A stretch of DNA of 24,000 nucleotides from an uncultured Chloroflexia bacterium (GTDB lineage Bacteria; Chloroflexota; Dehalococcoidia; Dehalococcoidales; UBA2162). Each line of letters begins with the position of its first letter. Position 1 is the stretch's first letter. Positions 15,773-24,000 of the stretch are shown here, one piece after another. The DNA lies in the NCBI GenBank assembly GCA_963726225.1, contig CAVSBN010000010.1:1-24000 (forward strand). The letters run 5' to 3'. The position numbers and the translations under genes were made by a program. The notes beneath the pieces are model-generated. The model ran no database searches. It was given only the letters and a program-made list of their open reading frames with translations, and was not told the origin of the DNA.

Positions 15773-16651
15773 CTAGCGTTTCAGGTCAGCTAAGAATTCA
15801 ATTATCAGGCGGTTAGTTTCCTCCGGGCGCTCCATCTGAGTCCAGTGACCGCAATTATTTATCAGTCGCCGGGTCAGGTTGGGGACATAGCGCTCCATGC
15901 CTTCGCTCATCTGCGGGATGAGTATGGGGTCGTTCTCGGCAGATATAATTAGCGCCGGCATGGTAATCTGCTGACCTGCCAGATGGGCGGTCGTCTCCCA
16001 GTTGCGGTCAATATTACGATAGTAGTTCAGCGGGCCGGTGAAACCTCCTTTACGGAAGGCATCGGCATAGACTTTGATGACTTCTTCCGTGACAAAGCCC
16101 TTGTTTTTGGCGATACCGCGCATTGTCCGTTCCAGCCAGCCTTCGATATTGGGGGTAATATCGGCCTCCGCCCGCCCCGGCTCCTGGAAGTGCAGAACAT
16201 AGTTGAAACGGCCGTCGGCAAGGCGACGGTACGCCTCGGTGGGCCGGGTCTTGCCCCGCCCCTGGAAGGGGGTGTTCAGCGAGATGACCCGCTCCACGCG
16301 CTCGGGGTGCATCAGGGCTATCTGCCAGACGATGACCCCACCCCAGTCGTGCGCCACAATCACCGCTTTCTGGAGCCCTACAGCATCAAGCAGACCCACT
16401 ATATCCCCAACCAGGTGGTGAATATCGTAGGCTTCGAGTTCGGCCGGTTTGTCCGTCTCGCCGTAGCCGCGCAGGTCGGGGGCGATGGCCCGGAAGCCAG
16501 CTTCCGCCAGCGCTGGTATCTGGTAGCGCCAGGAATACCACAGCTCGGGGAAACCATGGAGAAAGACGACCGGGAAACCGCGGCCCTGTTCCACATAGTG
16601 CATCTGAATGCCGTTGGTGGTAACAAAACGGTGCTGCCATTTTTCACTCAT
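15773..16651 (-). CDS. Alpha/beta hydrolase, epoxide-hydrolase / haloalkane-dehalogenase-like
   Basis: HGFPELWYSWRYQ (HGxP oxyanion motif), Asp nucleophile in VAHDWGG, C-terminal GHW. AAGGAGGG lies before the ATG, 18 nt downstream of the comEC stop. Confidence 0.8.
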   Translation of the reverse strand: MSEKWQHRFVTTNGIQMHYVEQGRGFPVVFLHGFPELWYSWRYQIPALAEAGFRAIAPDLRGYGETDKPAELEAYDIHHLVGDIVGLLDAVGLQKAVIVAHDWGGVIVWQIALMHPERVERVISLNTPFQGRGKTRPTEAYRRLADGRFNYVLHFQEPGRAEADITPNIEGWLERTMRGIAKNKGFVTEEVIKVYADAFRKGGFTGPLNYYRNIDRNWETTAHLAGQQITMPALIISAENDPILIPQMSEGMERYVPNLTRRLINNCGHWTQMERPEETNRLIIEFLADLKR

Positions 16652-16669
16652 GCTTCTGCCCTCCTTAAT

Positions 16670-19063
16670 TCACTTCCCCACCCTCACCCATAGTCTTTCC
16701 CCATCGGTGATGAATTCTATTGTACCATGTTCATCGGTGCGGTAGACATTTTCCAGCCCCAATGTCTCCTCGAGCCGGCCCACTATTTCCTGGCTGGGCA
16801 GGCCGAAGGTATTGTCTTGACCTACGGAGATAACAGCGATTCGTGGAATAACCACGGCCAGAAATTCCGGGCTGGTAGAAGTGTCCGAGCCGTGGTGAGC
16901 AACCTTGAGCACGGTGGAGTTCAGGTCAGCGCGGCGGGTAATAAGTTCACGCTCCACCTCCTGCCCGATATCGGCGGTGAGTAAGAAGCTGACTTGTCCC
17001 ACTGTTATGCGCAGGACTACACTATTAGTATTCGTGTCAGAAGCGGTGCCGGTTAATAGCGGTGTCTGGGGATTGAGTACCTCAATGGTGACCTCCGAGC
17101 CAAAGTCAACGCGCTGTCCGGCCTGAGCCAGGGTGCATTTAATGTCCCTGGTCTCAATCAAGCTCAGCCACTCATTGTACAGCGGGGACTCATACTCCAA
17201 ATCCGGATAGAGCACCTGTCCTACTTTGTACCTCTTGAGGACTTCGACCAGGCCGGTAAGGTGGTCGGCTTCGGGGTGGGTCAGTACTACCAAATCTATT
17301 GTCCTGTCCCAGAAGGGCATCTTCTTCCCCAGCTCAAGACCTATGGCCTGGGGGCTGGGGCCGCCGTCCACCAGTATCTGCTGGGTGCCCTTTTGAATTA
17401 GGATGGCGTCTCCCTGTCCCACATCAAGAAAGCTGACTTGAAGCCTGTCGTCAGGCATGGCGGCCGCCGTCAGCCAGACCAGAGTGGCTATGACCAGCAG
17501 GCAAGGGACAACCCACTTCATGGGCAGCCTGGCCATAAAATCGGCGGCTTTAGACATTAACTCAGCCAGTCTCTTCCTCTGGCTATTCGCCCAGAGGGCC
17601 AGAACCAGCACAGCGTAGTAAATTACCAGCAGGCTGACTTCAAGCGTGCTTGTTTCAATGGACGAGGACGGGATGGCGGCAAAGACTTTAACCACTACCA
17701 TGGTGTAAGACAGGAAAAGCCAGGTGAGCCAGGATATCGCCTGGCCCAGAGGAATTAACACCAGCCCAAATATACCAGCCAGAACGCCGGTGACAATAAT
17801 GGCTGGCAGTACCGGCAGAGCCAGGAAGGTAGCCAGCGGGCCAACCCAGGAGATGACGCCAAAGTAATAGGCGGTGAGTGGCCAGACGGCGAGGACGGCC
17901 CCCAGGCTAACGCTAAAGCTATCAGTCAGGACATTAGCGACCCGGGGCAGTGTCCCTTCTTCACCCACCGTGGCGGTAACCGCCTTTCTGCCGAGTGATT
18001 GCAGGGGTGGGCAGATAAAAATTAACCCGGCCATGGCCACAAAGCTCATCTGAAACGAGGCATCCCAGAGACACCTGAGGGTTTATGCCAACCATGATGG
18101 CCGCGGCCAAAAACAGGGCAATTATGCCACTGCGCTGTCGACCTAGAAAGTCGGCGGTCAGAAACAGGCTGACCATAATGGCCGCCCTCAAAGCTGGTGG
18201 GTGTAAGCCGGTCAGCAATGTGTAGAGCCAGATGATAGACAATGCCACCCAGATGTAGGTATAGCGCCTCCGGCCAAAGGCCCAGATACCCAGGCTGACC
18301 AGAATGCCGGCCACTATGGTCAGGTTGATTCCGGAGATAGCCAGGATATGAGCCGTGCCGCTGCGGACGAAGTCGTCTTCCAGTGATGCCGGGATGTTGG
18401 TTCTGATGCCCAGGATAATGCCCTGAGCCAGCGAGGCCTGTGGCTCGGGCAAAACTCGCGCCAAGGTTTGCGAGAAGCGGTCTCTTAGTGAGTAAATCCA
18501 GGCCAGCGGTTTAGCACCCTGCCCCGTTCCAGGACTTCCACTTCTGGGTAGCGCATAATGGAATATATTTCCTGATGGGCCAGATAGCTCTGGTAATCGA
18601 AGCCATCAAGCTGAGGGGGTGTCTCCATCTTGCCTTTGACCAGAAGCACATCGCCGTAGTGGTAGGCCGGGTATCTGGGCACAGTAAGTAAGGCCATTCC
18701 GGATACTTGACGCCATTCTTCAGATGTTTTAATTTCTCGGGCTGAGAGATGCAGGTTAGTCGTTTTATCACCAACATCCGGGTCTTGAGCCACTATTCCT
18801 TTGACTTCCACGATTCCCTGGTTGTTATAGAACTGGAGTGAGTCCTCATTGACGGAGGGCCGGCTGGCCTGAAAGTAGATGGCGCCACCCAGAAGTGTGA
18901 CAAGGCAGAGGCTGCTCAGGATTATGGGCTTTTTGTGTTGGCGGAAGATGAGAAGTAGGGGTAGAGGCAAAAGCCCGAAAAAGAGGAAGGCCAGGGGTGG
19001 ATTAAATCTCGACCCCAGAAATATGCCAGCCACCCAGGCGCAACTCAGGTAGACAATGGCCAT
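16670..19063 (-). pseudogene. comEC: DNA internalization channel ComEC/Rec2, three ORF fragments (two frameshifts)
   Basis: ORF 18485..19063 is the N-terminal DUF4131-like part. ORF 17961..18464 is the competence-domain TM region (LPEPQASLAQGIILG..GTAHILAISGINL). ORF 16670..18049 holds the remaining TM segments plus the MBL domain (HPEADH, VAHHGS). Total length is ~798 codons, normal for ComEC. Adjacent frames read through both junctions (see findings). Confidence 0.85.
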
Positions 19064-19080
19064 GAGCTATGTGCCTCAAC

Positions 19081-19590
19081 TTAATAGTCTTTGACGGTAA
19101 TCAGGTCTTTAATCTGCTGGTAGGTGGCCGCACCAATGCCAGCCACTTTCATTAGCTCACTGGTATTGCGGAAGGGGCCGTTTTGCTGGCGGTAGTCAAC
19201 AATGCGCTGGGCCAGCGTTTCGCCAATCTCCGGCAGAGCCTGGAGTAGCCACACTTCAGCCCGATTGATGTCAACCTTCTGTGGTTCTTGACCTTTTCCC
19301 ACCGGGATGTAAAGGCTAACCTCGCTCAGGTTAGCCTCGGGCGTAGCGCCGCCAGCCGCTTTCAGCAGGGTATCAAGACTATCGTCGGGGCTAAAGGGAT
19401 ATAAACCAGGGGCAGTCACCGCACCGCCGATGTAAACCCGGCCCTCCAGTTCCTGTGGCGCGGGCATAGAAATCTCTATTGCCCGACTCGGACTGTATCT
19501 CAGCAGGGCGGCTACGCCGCCAACTATAATGAGGGCGACTAAGACAATAGTAATGGACACCCAGAACCGGCCGAGCTTGTTTGCTGTCAT
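19081..19590 (-). CDS. comEA: ComEA, DNA receptor with SLBB and helix-hairpin-helix domains
   Basis: N-terminal TM segment, SLBB-like GRVYIGGAVTAPGLY, C-terminal HhH (LQALPEIGETLAQRIVDYR..ELMKVAGIGAATYQQI). GGGAGGG lies 5 nt before ATG 19590; the track start 19623 is upstream. Candidate promoter on the minus strand: TTGACG (19671-19666), 17 nt spacer, TATACT (19648-19643). Confidence 0.85.
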   Translation of the reverse strand: MTANKLGRFWVSITIVLVALIIVGGVAALLRYSPSRAIEISMPAPQELEGRVYIGGAVTAPGLYPFSPDDSLDTLLKAAGGATPEANLSEVSLYIPVGKGQEPQKVDINRAEVWLLQALPEIGETLAQRIVDYRQQNGPFRNTSELMKVAGIGAATYQQIKDLITVKDY

Positions 19591-19716
19591 CTCTACCCTC
19601 CCGCGGGACAGTGTGAACTGCACTTGGGTCAGTTAGAAACAAAGTATAATGACAAAAGGTGTGGCCGTCAAAAGCCGAAGCGGGAGGTTTGTAAGCGAAG
19701 GGGGCATGTTGTTAGT

Positions 19717-20380
19717 CTAGCTACCCCTCAGGGCGGTTCGCAGGGCTTCTTCCGACTCGGGGGTGGTGACGGCAATTATCTGGTCGCCGGCCTGAAGGAT
19801 GGTCTCGGCCTCTGGCACAACTGGGCCGACTGCCCTTACGAATAATCAGTGAGAGGACACTTCCCGAGGGCAGTTGCAGTTCTTTAATGGCCTTACCCAC
19901 CGCGCTGGAATTAGTCGGGATTTTTATCTCAACGATTTCCAGGCCGCGGTCTCTGATGGTCATTAAATGTGTCAGGAGATGGGTGGGTACTTCCGCCTCA
20001 ATATTCTCCAGGATGATATCAGTACTGCTTACGGTAACATCAATGCCCAGCTTCTTGAAAAGTACCTCGTTCTTTGGGTTGACGATGCGGGCTACGGTGC
20101 GGGGAACCTTAAATTTATGTTTGGCGAGCTGGCAGGAGACCAGGTTGTCCTCATCCTCACCGGTGACGGCGATGAGCATATCTGCCCGGTCGGTGCCGAC
20201 TTCCGCCAGGACGGCTGTCTCACAGCCATCGCCGCGAACGCAGACACCACCCAGTTCATCGTTGATGGCATCGCATATGGCCGCCTGTTTTTCCACGATG
20301 ACGGCCTCATGCCCCTCATCCAGCAGGGCTTTGGTCAGGTAGTAGCCGACTCGCCCACCACCAACCACTACAATATACAT
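19717..20380 (-). pseudogene. trkA: TrkA-type K+ transport regulatory protein (KTN/RCK-N + TrkA-C), frameshift near the C-terminus
   Basis: Rossmann start MYIVVVGGGRVGYYL, then a TrkA-C domain. After ..LSLIIRKG, ORF 19721..20380 becomes an Arg/Pro-rich tail. The adjacent frame reads VVPEAETILQAGDQIIAVTTPESEEALRTALRGS* (stop 19717-19719). Confidence 0.75.
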
Positions 20381-20390
20381 AATCCTTACC

Positions 20391-20790
20391 TCAGCTCTCC
20401 AGCTTCTCCCTCAACATCTCGGCGAAGATTTTGGTGGGGCTAAAGGTCTCAATGCCCAGAGTACTGTATAGCTCCTGGCGCAGGGGGTCGTAGATACGGC
20501 AGATAACTCGGGGTACATTGAAAATGTGCTTGGCGATTTGGGCCGCCATGACATTCCGGTTATCGCCCTGCGTCAGGGCGATAAAGGCATCAGCTTCGCC
20601 AATCCCGGCCCGCTTTAAGACGCTCTCATCAAGCTCCGTTCCCGACCAGGGCCGTGCCATGGAAATCCGGCGGCAATCGACGGAAACTGTAGGAATCGGT
20701 ATCCAGAATGGCAACCTGATGCCCATCGGCGTCCAGCAACCCGGCCAGCCGGCCACCTACTCGCCCGCAGCCCATAATTACGATTTTCAT
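20391..20790 (-). pseudogene. KTN/RCK-N (TrkA-N) domain protein, frameshift after codon ~55
   Basis: ATG 20790 opens MKIVIMGCGRVGGRLAGLLDADGHQVAILDTDSYSFRRLPPDFHGTALVGNGA* (57 codons, not in the ORF track). The continuation TELDESVLKRAGIGEADAFIALTQGDNRNVMAAQIAKH.. is in the frame of ORF 20391..20756. The ATG overlaps the usp stop (ATGA). Confidence 0.75.
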
Positions 20791-21227
20791 TTGCTCGACC
20801 CGGTCGTACTGTGTACCTGGTATAGTATAACATGACAGGGAGCGTTTTTTAAGACATAGGGCACCACATCGCCCAGGCTGAACTGCCCAAAGCGCCTCTT
20901 GGACTCAATACCCATCAGAATCAGGTTGACCCCTCGCTCGACAGCTTCGTCAACGATGGTTGGCCCGGCCTCCCGTGACTGAAGCAGGTCGGTCTCAACC
21001 TGGTAGTCCTCTTCCTCGGCAGCGCTCTCGGCACGGTCCAGAATCTCTTCGCCCCGACTGATTTCCGGGGCGAGCTGGGCGTCTAACGGCAGAGTGCGTG
21101 TGACCGCGATGACATAAACAGCCCAGATTTTGCCCTTGGTTTTCCGGGCTAACCGGCAGGCCAATCGAATCGCCTCGGCATCGGCGGCACTGCCGCTCAC
21201 CGGTACCAGTATTTTGTCAAACTCCAT
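20787..21227 (-). CDS. Universal stress protein (UspA family)
   Basis: KILVPVSGSAADAEAI.., ..NLILMGIESKRRFGQFSLGDVVPYVLKNAPCHVIL (G-x2-G-x9-G(S/T)-like ATP motif). First gene of a usp/trkA-N/trkA operon. Candidate promoter on the minus strand: TTGTGG (21289-21284), 17 nt spacer, TATAAT (21266-21261). Confidence 0.85.
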   Translation of the reverse strand: MEFDKILVPVSGSAADAEAIRLACRLARKTKGKIWAVYVIAVTRTLPLDAQLAPEISRGEEILDRAESAAEEEDYQVETDLLQSREAGPTIVDEAVERGVNLILMGIESKRRFGQFSLGDVVPYVLKNAPCHVILYQVHSTTGSSK

Positions 21228-21304
21228 CCCTTCTGCCTCTATGCACGATAAGCAAGGCGTATTATAATTCTCCTGTCAAAAATCCACAATACCCCCAGGT
21301 GATT

Positions 21305-21333
21305 TTGACAACCGGGCACTCATAGACTAAAAT
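21305..21333 (+). promoter_or_regulatory. Candidate promoter of the APC permease gene
   Basis: TTGACA (21305-21310), 17 nt spacer, TAAAAT (21328-21333), 41 nt before ATG 21375. Confidence 0.5.
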
Positions 21334-21374
21334 GCCTTGAGCCAGCTTAGGGTAAGGCTGACGACAGAGAAAGT

Positions 21375-22943
21375 ATGGTTGACAATTGGCAGTCCAAGCC
21401 GGGCGATAAGGTTTTCCGGCCACGCCGAGTCAAGCGCGTCCACCTGCGGCGCGTGTTGGGAGTGCCGGCGCTCTTCAGTATCGGATACGGGGATGTGGGT
21501 TCGTCTATCTATTACGGTTTAGGCGTTGTCGCCTTGGTAGCTTTAGGGGCAACGCCCATTGTGCTGGGCATCGCCGGACTTGTCTATATCTTTAATGCCC
21601 TCACCTATGCCGAGGGCTCAGCTATGCTTCCCGAGGGGGGTGGCTCGGCCAGCTACGCGCGGGCTGGTTTCAATGACTTGGTCGGCTTTATCTCCGGCTG
21701 GGCCTTGATGCTGAGCTACATTGCTACCATGGCCATTTCAGCCTATACCATTCCCCCCTACCTGGCCTACTTCTGGCCGGCTCTGAAAGAGCCAGTAATG
21801 GGCACGGCAGTGTCAATGGGCGTCATCGTTTTCCTGATGCTGATAAATGTCCTGGGTATAAGAGAATCAGCTGGATTGAACATCATCTTTATTGTCCTTG
21901 ATATATTCACCCAAGTAGTGTTGATCATTGCCGGAGTCGTTTTGATACTAATCCCGCATCCGGCTGTCCTGCTACAGAATATGTTCGGTTCAGGCAATTG
22001 GCCTTCGGCAGGCAACATGATTCTTGGTATTGCGCTCGCCGCTCTCTGCTTCACCGGAGTAGAATCTGTGTCTCAGCATGGTGAAGAGACACGCCAGCCC
22101 GAGAGGAGAATGCCGCAAGCATATATTTTAATGATAGTAGTCGTCCTTATCCTTTTTGCTGGCGTCTCCCTGGTTGCTCTCTCAGCGATGACCCCACAGG
22201 TTCTCGGCGACCCGGTCAACGGTTGGGCTAGAGACCCGGTAGCGGGTATTGCCAATGGTATTTCGCAGGTTATATCGCCAGAAGAGATGGCTCAGAGAAT
22301 TACTTCGGGAGTGGAGCTTCAGATTATTCTCACCTGGATATTTGCTGGAATACGCAATATCCTGCCCATCATGGTAGCCGTGCTGGCGGCTACCATTTTG
22401 ACGGTTGCCACAAATGCCGGTTTGCTGGGAATCTCCCGGCTCACATATAACCTGTCTTCAAGGCACCAGTTGCCAGCGACATTGGGGCGAGTTCACCACT
22501 ATTTCCGCACACCCTACATTGCCATTATTCTCTTTTGCATGATAGTTCTGGCGCTGCTCATTCCTGGATTCTCCAGTGCCAGCTTTTTTAGCGACCTGGG
22601 TGCCCTGTATGTCTTTGGCTCTTTGCTGTGCTTCGCCCTGGCTCACGCCGCTATCCTCGCCCTGAGAGTCAGAAAGCCAGCTTTGACTCGGCCATTCAAG
22701 CTGGGATGGAATATCAAGATTAAGGGGCGGGAATTGCCATTTACGGCCATTCTAGGCCTGGTGGCCACCTCAGCTATATGGTTTGTTATTATTGTCATCC
22801 AACCGTATAGTCGTTGGGCCGGATTGCTCTGGATGGTGGCGGGCTTGGCCATTTATTATTTCTACCGGCGGAGCAAGGGCATGCCCCTCGGCCACTTTGA
22901 AGAAAAGCCACCCACACCCGGTATCTTGAAACGCCCGCAGTAA
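21375..22943 (+). CDS. APC-superfamily amino acid/polyamine permease
   Basis: 522 aa with about 12-13 TM segments. N-terminal FSIGYGDVGSSIYYGLG and AEGSAMLPEGGGSASYA, typical of APC transporters. Confidence 0.85.
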   Translation: MVDNWQSKPGDKVFRPRRVKRVHLRRVLGVPALFSIGYGDVGSSIYYGLGVVALVALGATPIVLGIAGLVYIFNALTYAEGSAMLPEGGGSASYARAGFNDLVGFISGWALMLSYIATMAISAYTIPPYLAYFWPALKEPVMGTAVSMGVIVFLMLINVLGIRESAGLNIIFIVLDIFTQVVLIIAGVVLILIPHPAVLLQNMFGSGNWPSAGNMILGIALAALCFTGVESVSQHGEETRQPERRMPQAYILMIVVVLILFAGVSLVALSAMTPQVLGDPVNGWARDPVAGIANGISQVISPEEMAQRITSGVELQIILTWIFAGIRNILPIMVAVLAATILTVATNAGLLGISRLTYNLSSRHQLPATLGRVHHYFRTPYIAIILFCMIVLALLIPGFSSASFFSDLGALYVFGSLLCFALAHAAILALRVRKPALTRPFKLGWNIKIKGRELPFTAILGLVATSAIWFVIIVIQPYSRWAGLLWMVAGLAIYYFYRRSKGMPLGHFEEKPPTPGILKRPQ

Positions 22944-22992
22944 CCCGGGAGTATAAGAGGGGATGAAGTCAGAAAGAGGACTTAAGTAGCCC

Positions 22993-23022
22993 TTGACAAT
23001 GGGTGACGGGATGTGATATATT
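22993..23022 (+). promoter_or_regulatory. Candidate promoter of the 23S rRNA transcription unit
   Basis: TTGACA (22993-22998), 17-18 nt spacer, ATATAT/TATATT (23016-23022), about 170 nt upstream of the mature 23S 5' end. Confidence 0.5.
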
Positions 23023-23106
23023 TCCTATTTGGAATGAGGGGTTCTGGCGTATCGATGAGGAAGATAGATACATAAAGAATATCCCTTGGTGATGGAAGCC
23101 AGGCGC

Positions 23107-23162
23107 AAACGGCTTGGTGATTTATCACCAGGCCGTTTTTGTGTCTCGTACCTTAACAATTG
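23107..23162 (+). promoter_or_regulatory. rRNA leader: boxB-like hairpin followed by a boxA-like element
   Basis: 14-bp stem AAACGGCTTGGTGA (23107-23120) / TCACCAGGCCGTTT (23125-23138) with loop TTTA. Then CGTACCTTAACAATTG, which resembles the boxA consensus GCTCTTTAACAA. Confidence 0.45.
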
Positions 23163-23191
23163 AATAGCGGGCTAATATCAAATCTGAAGCA

Positions 23192-24000
<809 letters not shown>

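Noticed and set aside
23107-23140. Strong hairpin plus T run downstream of the 22993 promoter, read as an intrinsic terminator defining a ~110-nt sRNA or attenuator. CTTGGTGAT occurs twice, which could suggest alternative pairings.
   Set aside because: It is followed within 10 nt by a boxA-like CCTTAACAA element and then the 23S 5' end. No second promoter lies in between. That is the classical boxB-boxA layout of an rRNA leader, so a separate sRNA is not needed to explain it.

Overview
This window looks like ordinary core-genome sequence from a mid-GC bacterium. All calls come from reading the sequence and recalling motifs; no searches were run.

Contents: about 27 protein genes, one tRNA-Ala(GGC), and the first ~0.8 kb of a 23S rRNA gene.

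- Minus strand, left to right: tRNA-Ala, rluD, lspA, a DksA/TraR zinc-finger gene, DUF72, an Isf-like flavoprotein, ybeY, a type-B carboxylesterase, plsY, ilvE, an epoxide-hydrolase-like alpha/beta hydrolase, comEC, comEA, two TrkA/KTN genes and a Usp gene.
- Plus strand: a Fur-family regulator, a NicO/RcnA-like metal transporter, an MBL-fold hydrolase, pyrD, DUF1648, a GyrI-like protein, relA/spoT, rpsT, lexA, an APC permease and 23S rRNA.

A stand-alone 23S gene, a Cheo-type LexA box and the gene content fit a Chloroflexota/Dehalococcoidia-like or other Terrabacteria lineage. That taxonomy is inference only.

I found no integrase, transposase, phage, CRISPR, toxin-antitoxin or recognisable defence genes, and no obvious compositional island. 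I therefore do not claim a novel multi-gene system here.

Worth a second look:
1. A composite two-hairpin intergenic repeat family, with three full copies and one degenerate copy. It looks like a terminator module and distorts the apparent rluD start.
2. Six reading-frame breaks in five otherwise intact genes: comEC (two), both trkA genes, the carboxylesterase and the MBL hydrolase. These are either assembly indel errors or real pseudogenes.
3. A Fur-family regulator next to a NicO-like transporter. The transporter ATG has no Shine-Dalgarno (SD) sequence and sits 3 nt after an in-frame, SD-bearing 27-codon hydrophobic upstream ORF (uORF).
4. An autoregulatory GAAC-N4-GTTC box at lexA.
5. A 23S gene unlinked to 16S, with its own promoter and a boxB/boxA-like leader.

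Most other ORFs in the six-frame track are antisense shadows of these genes.
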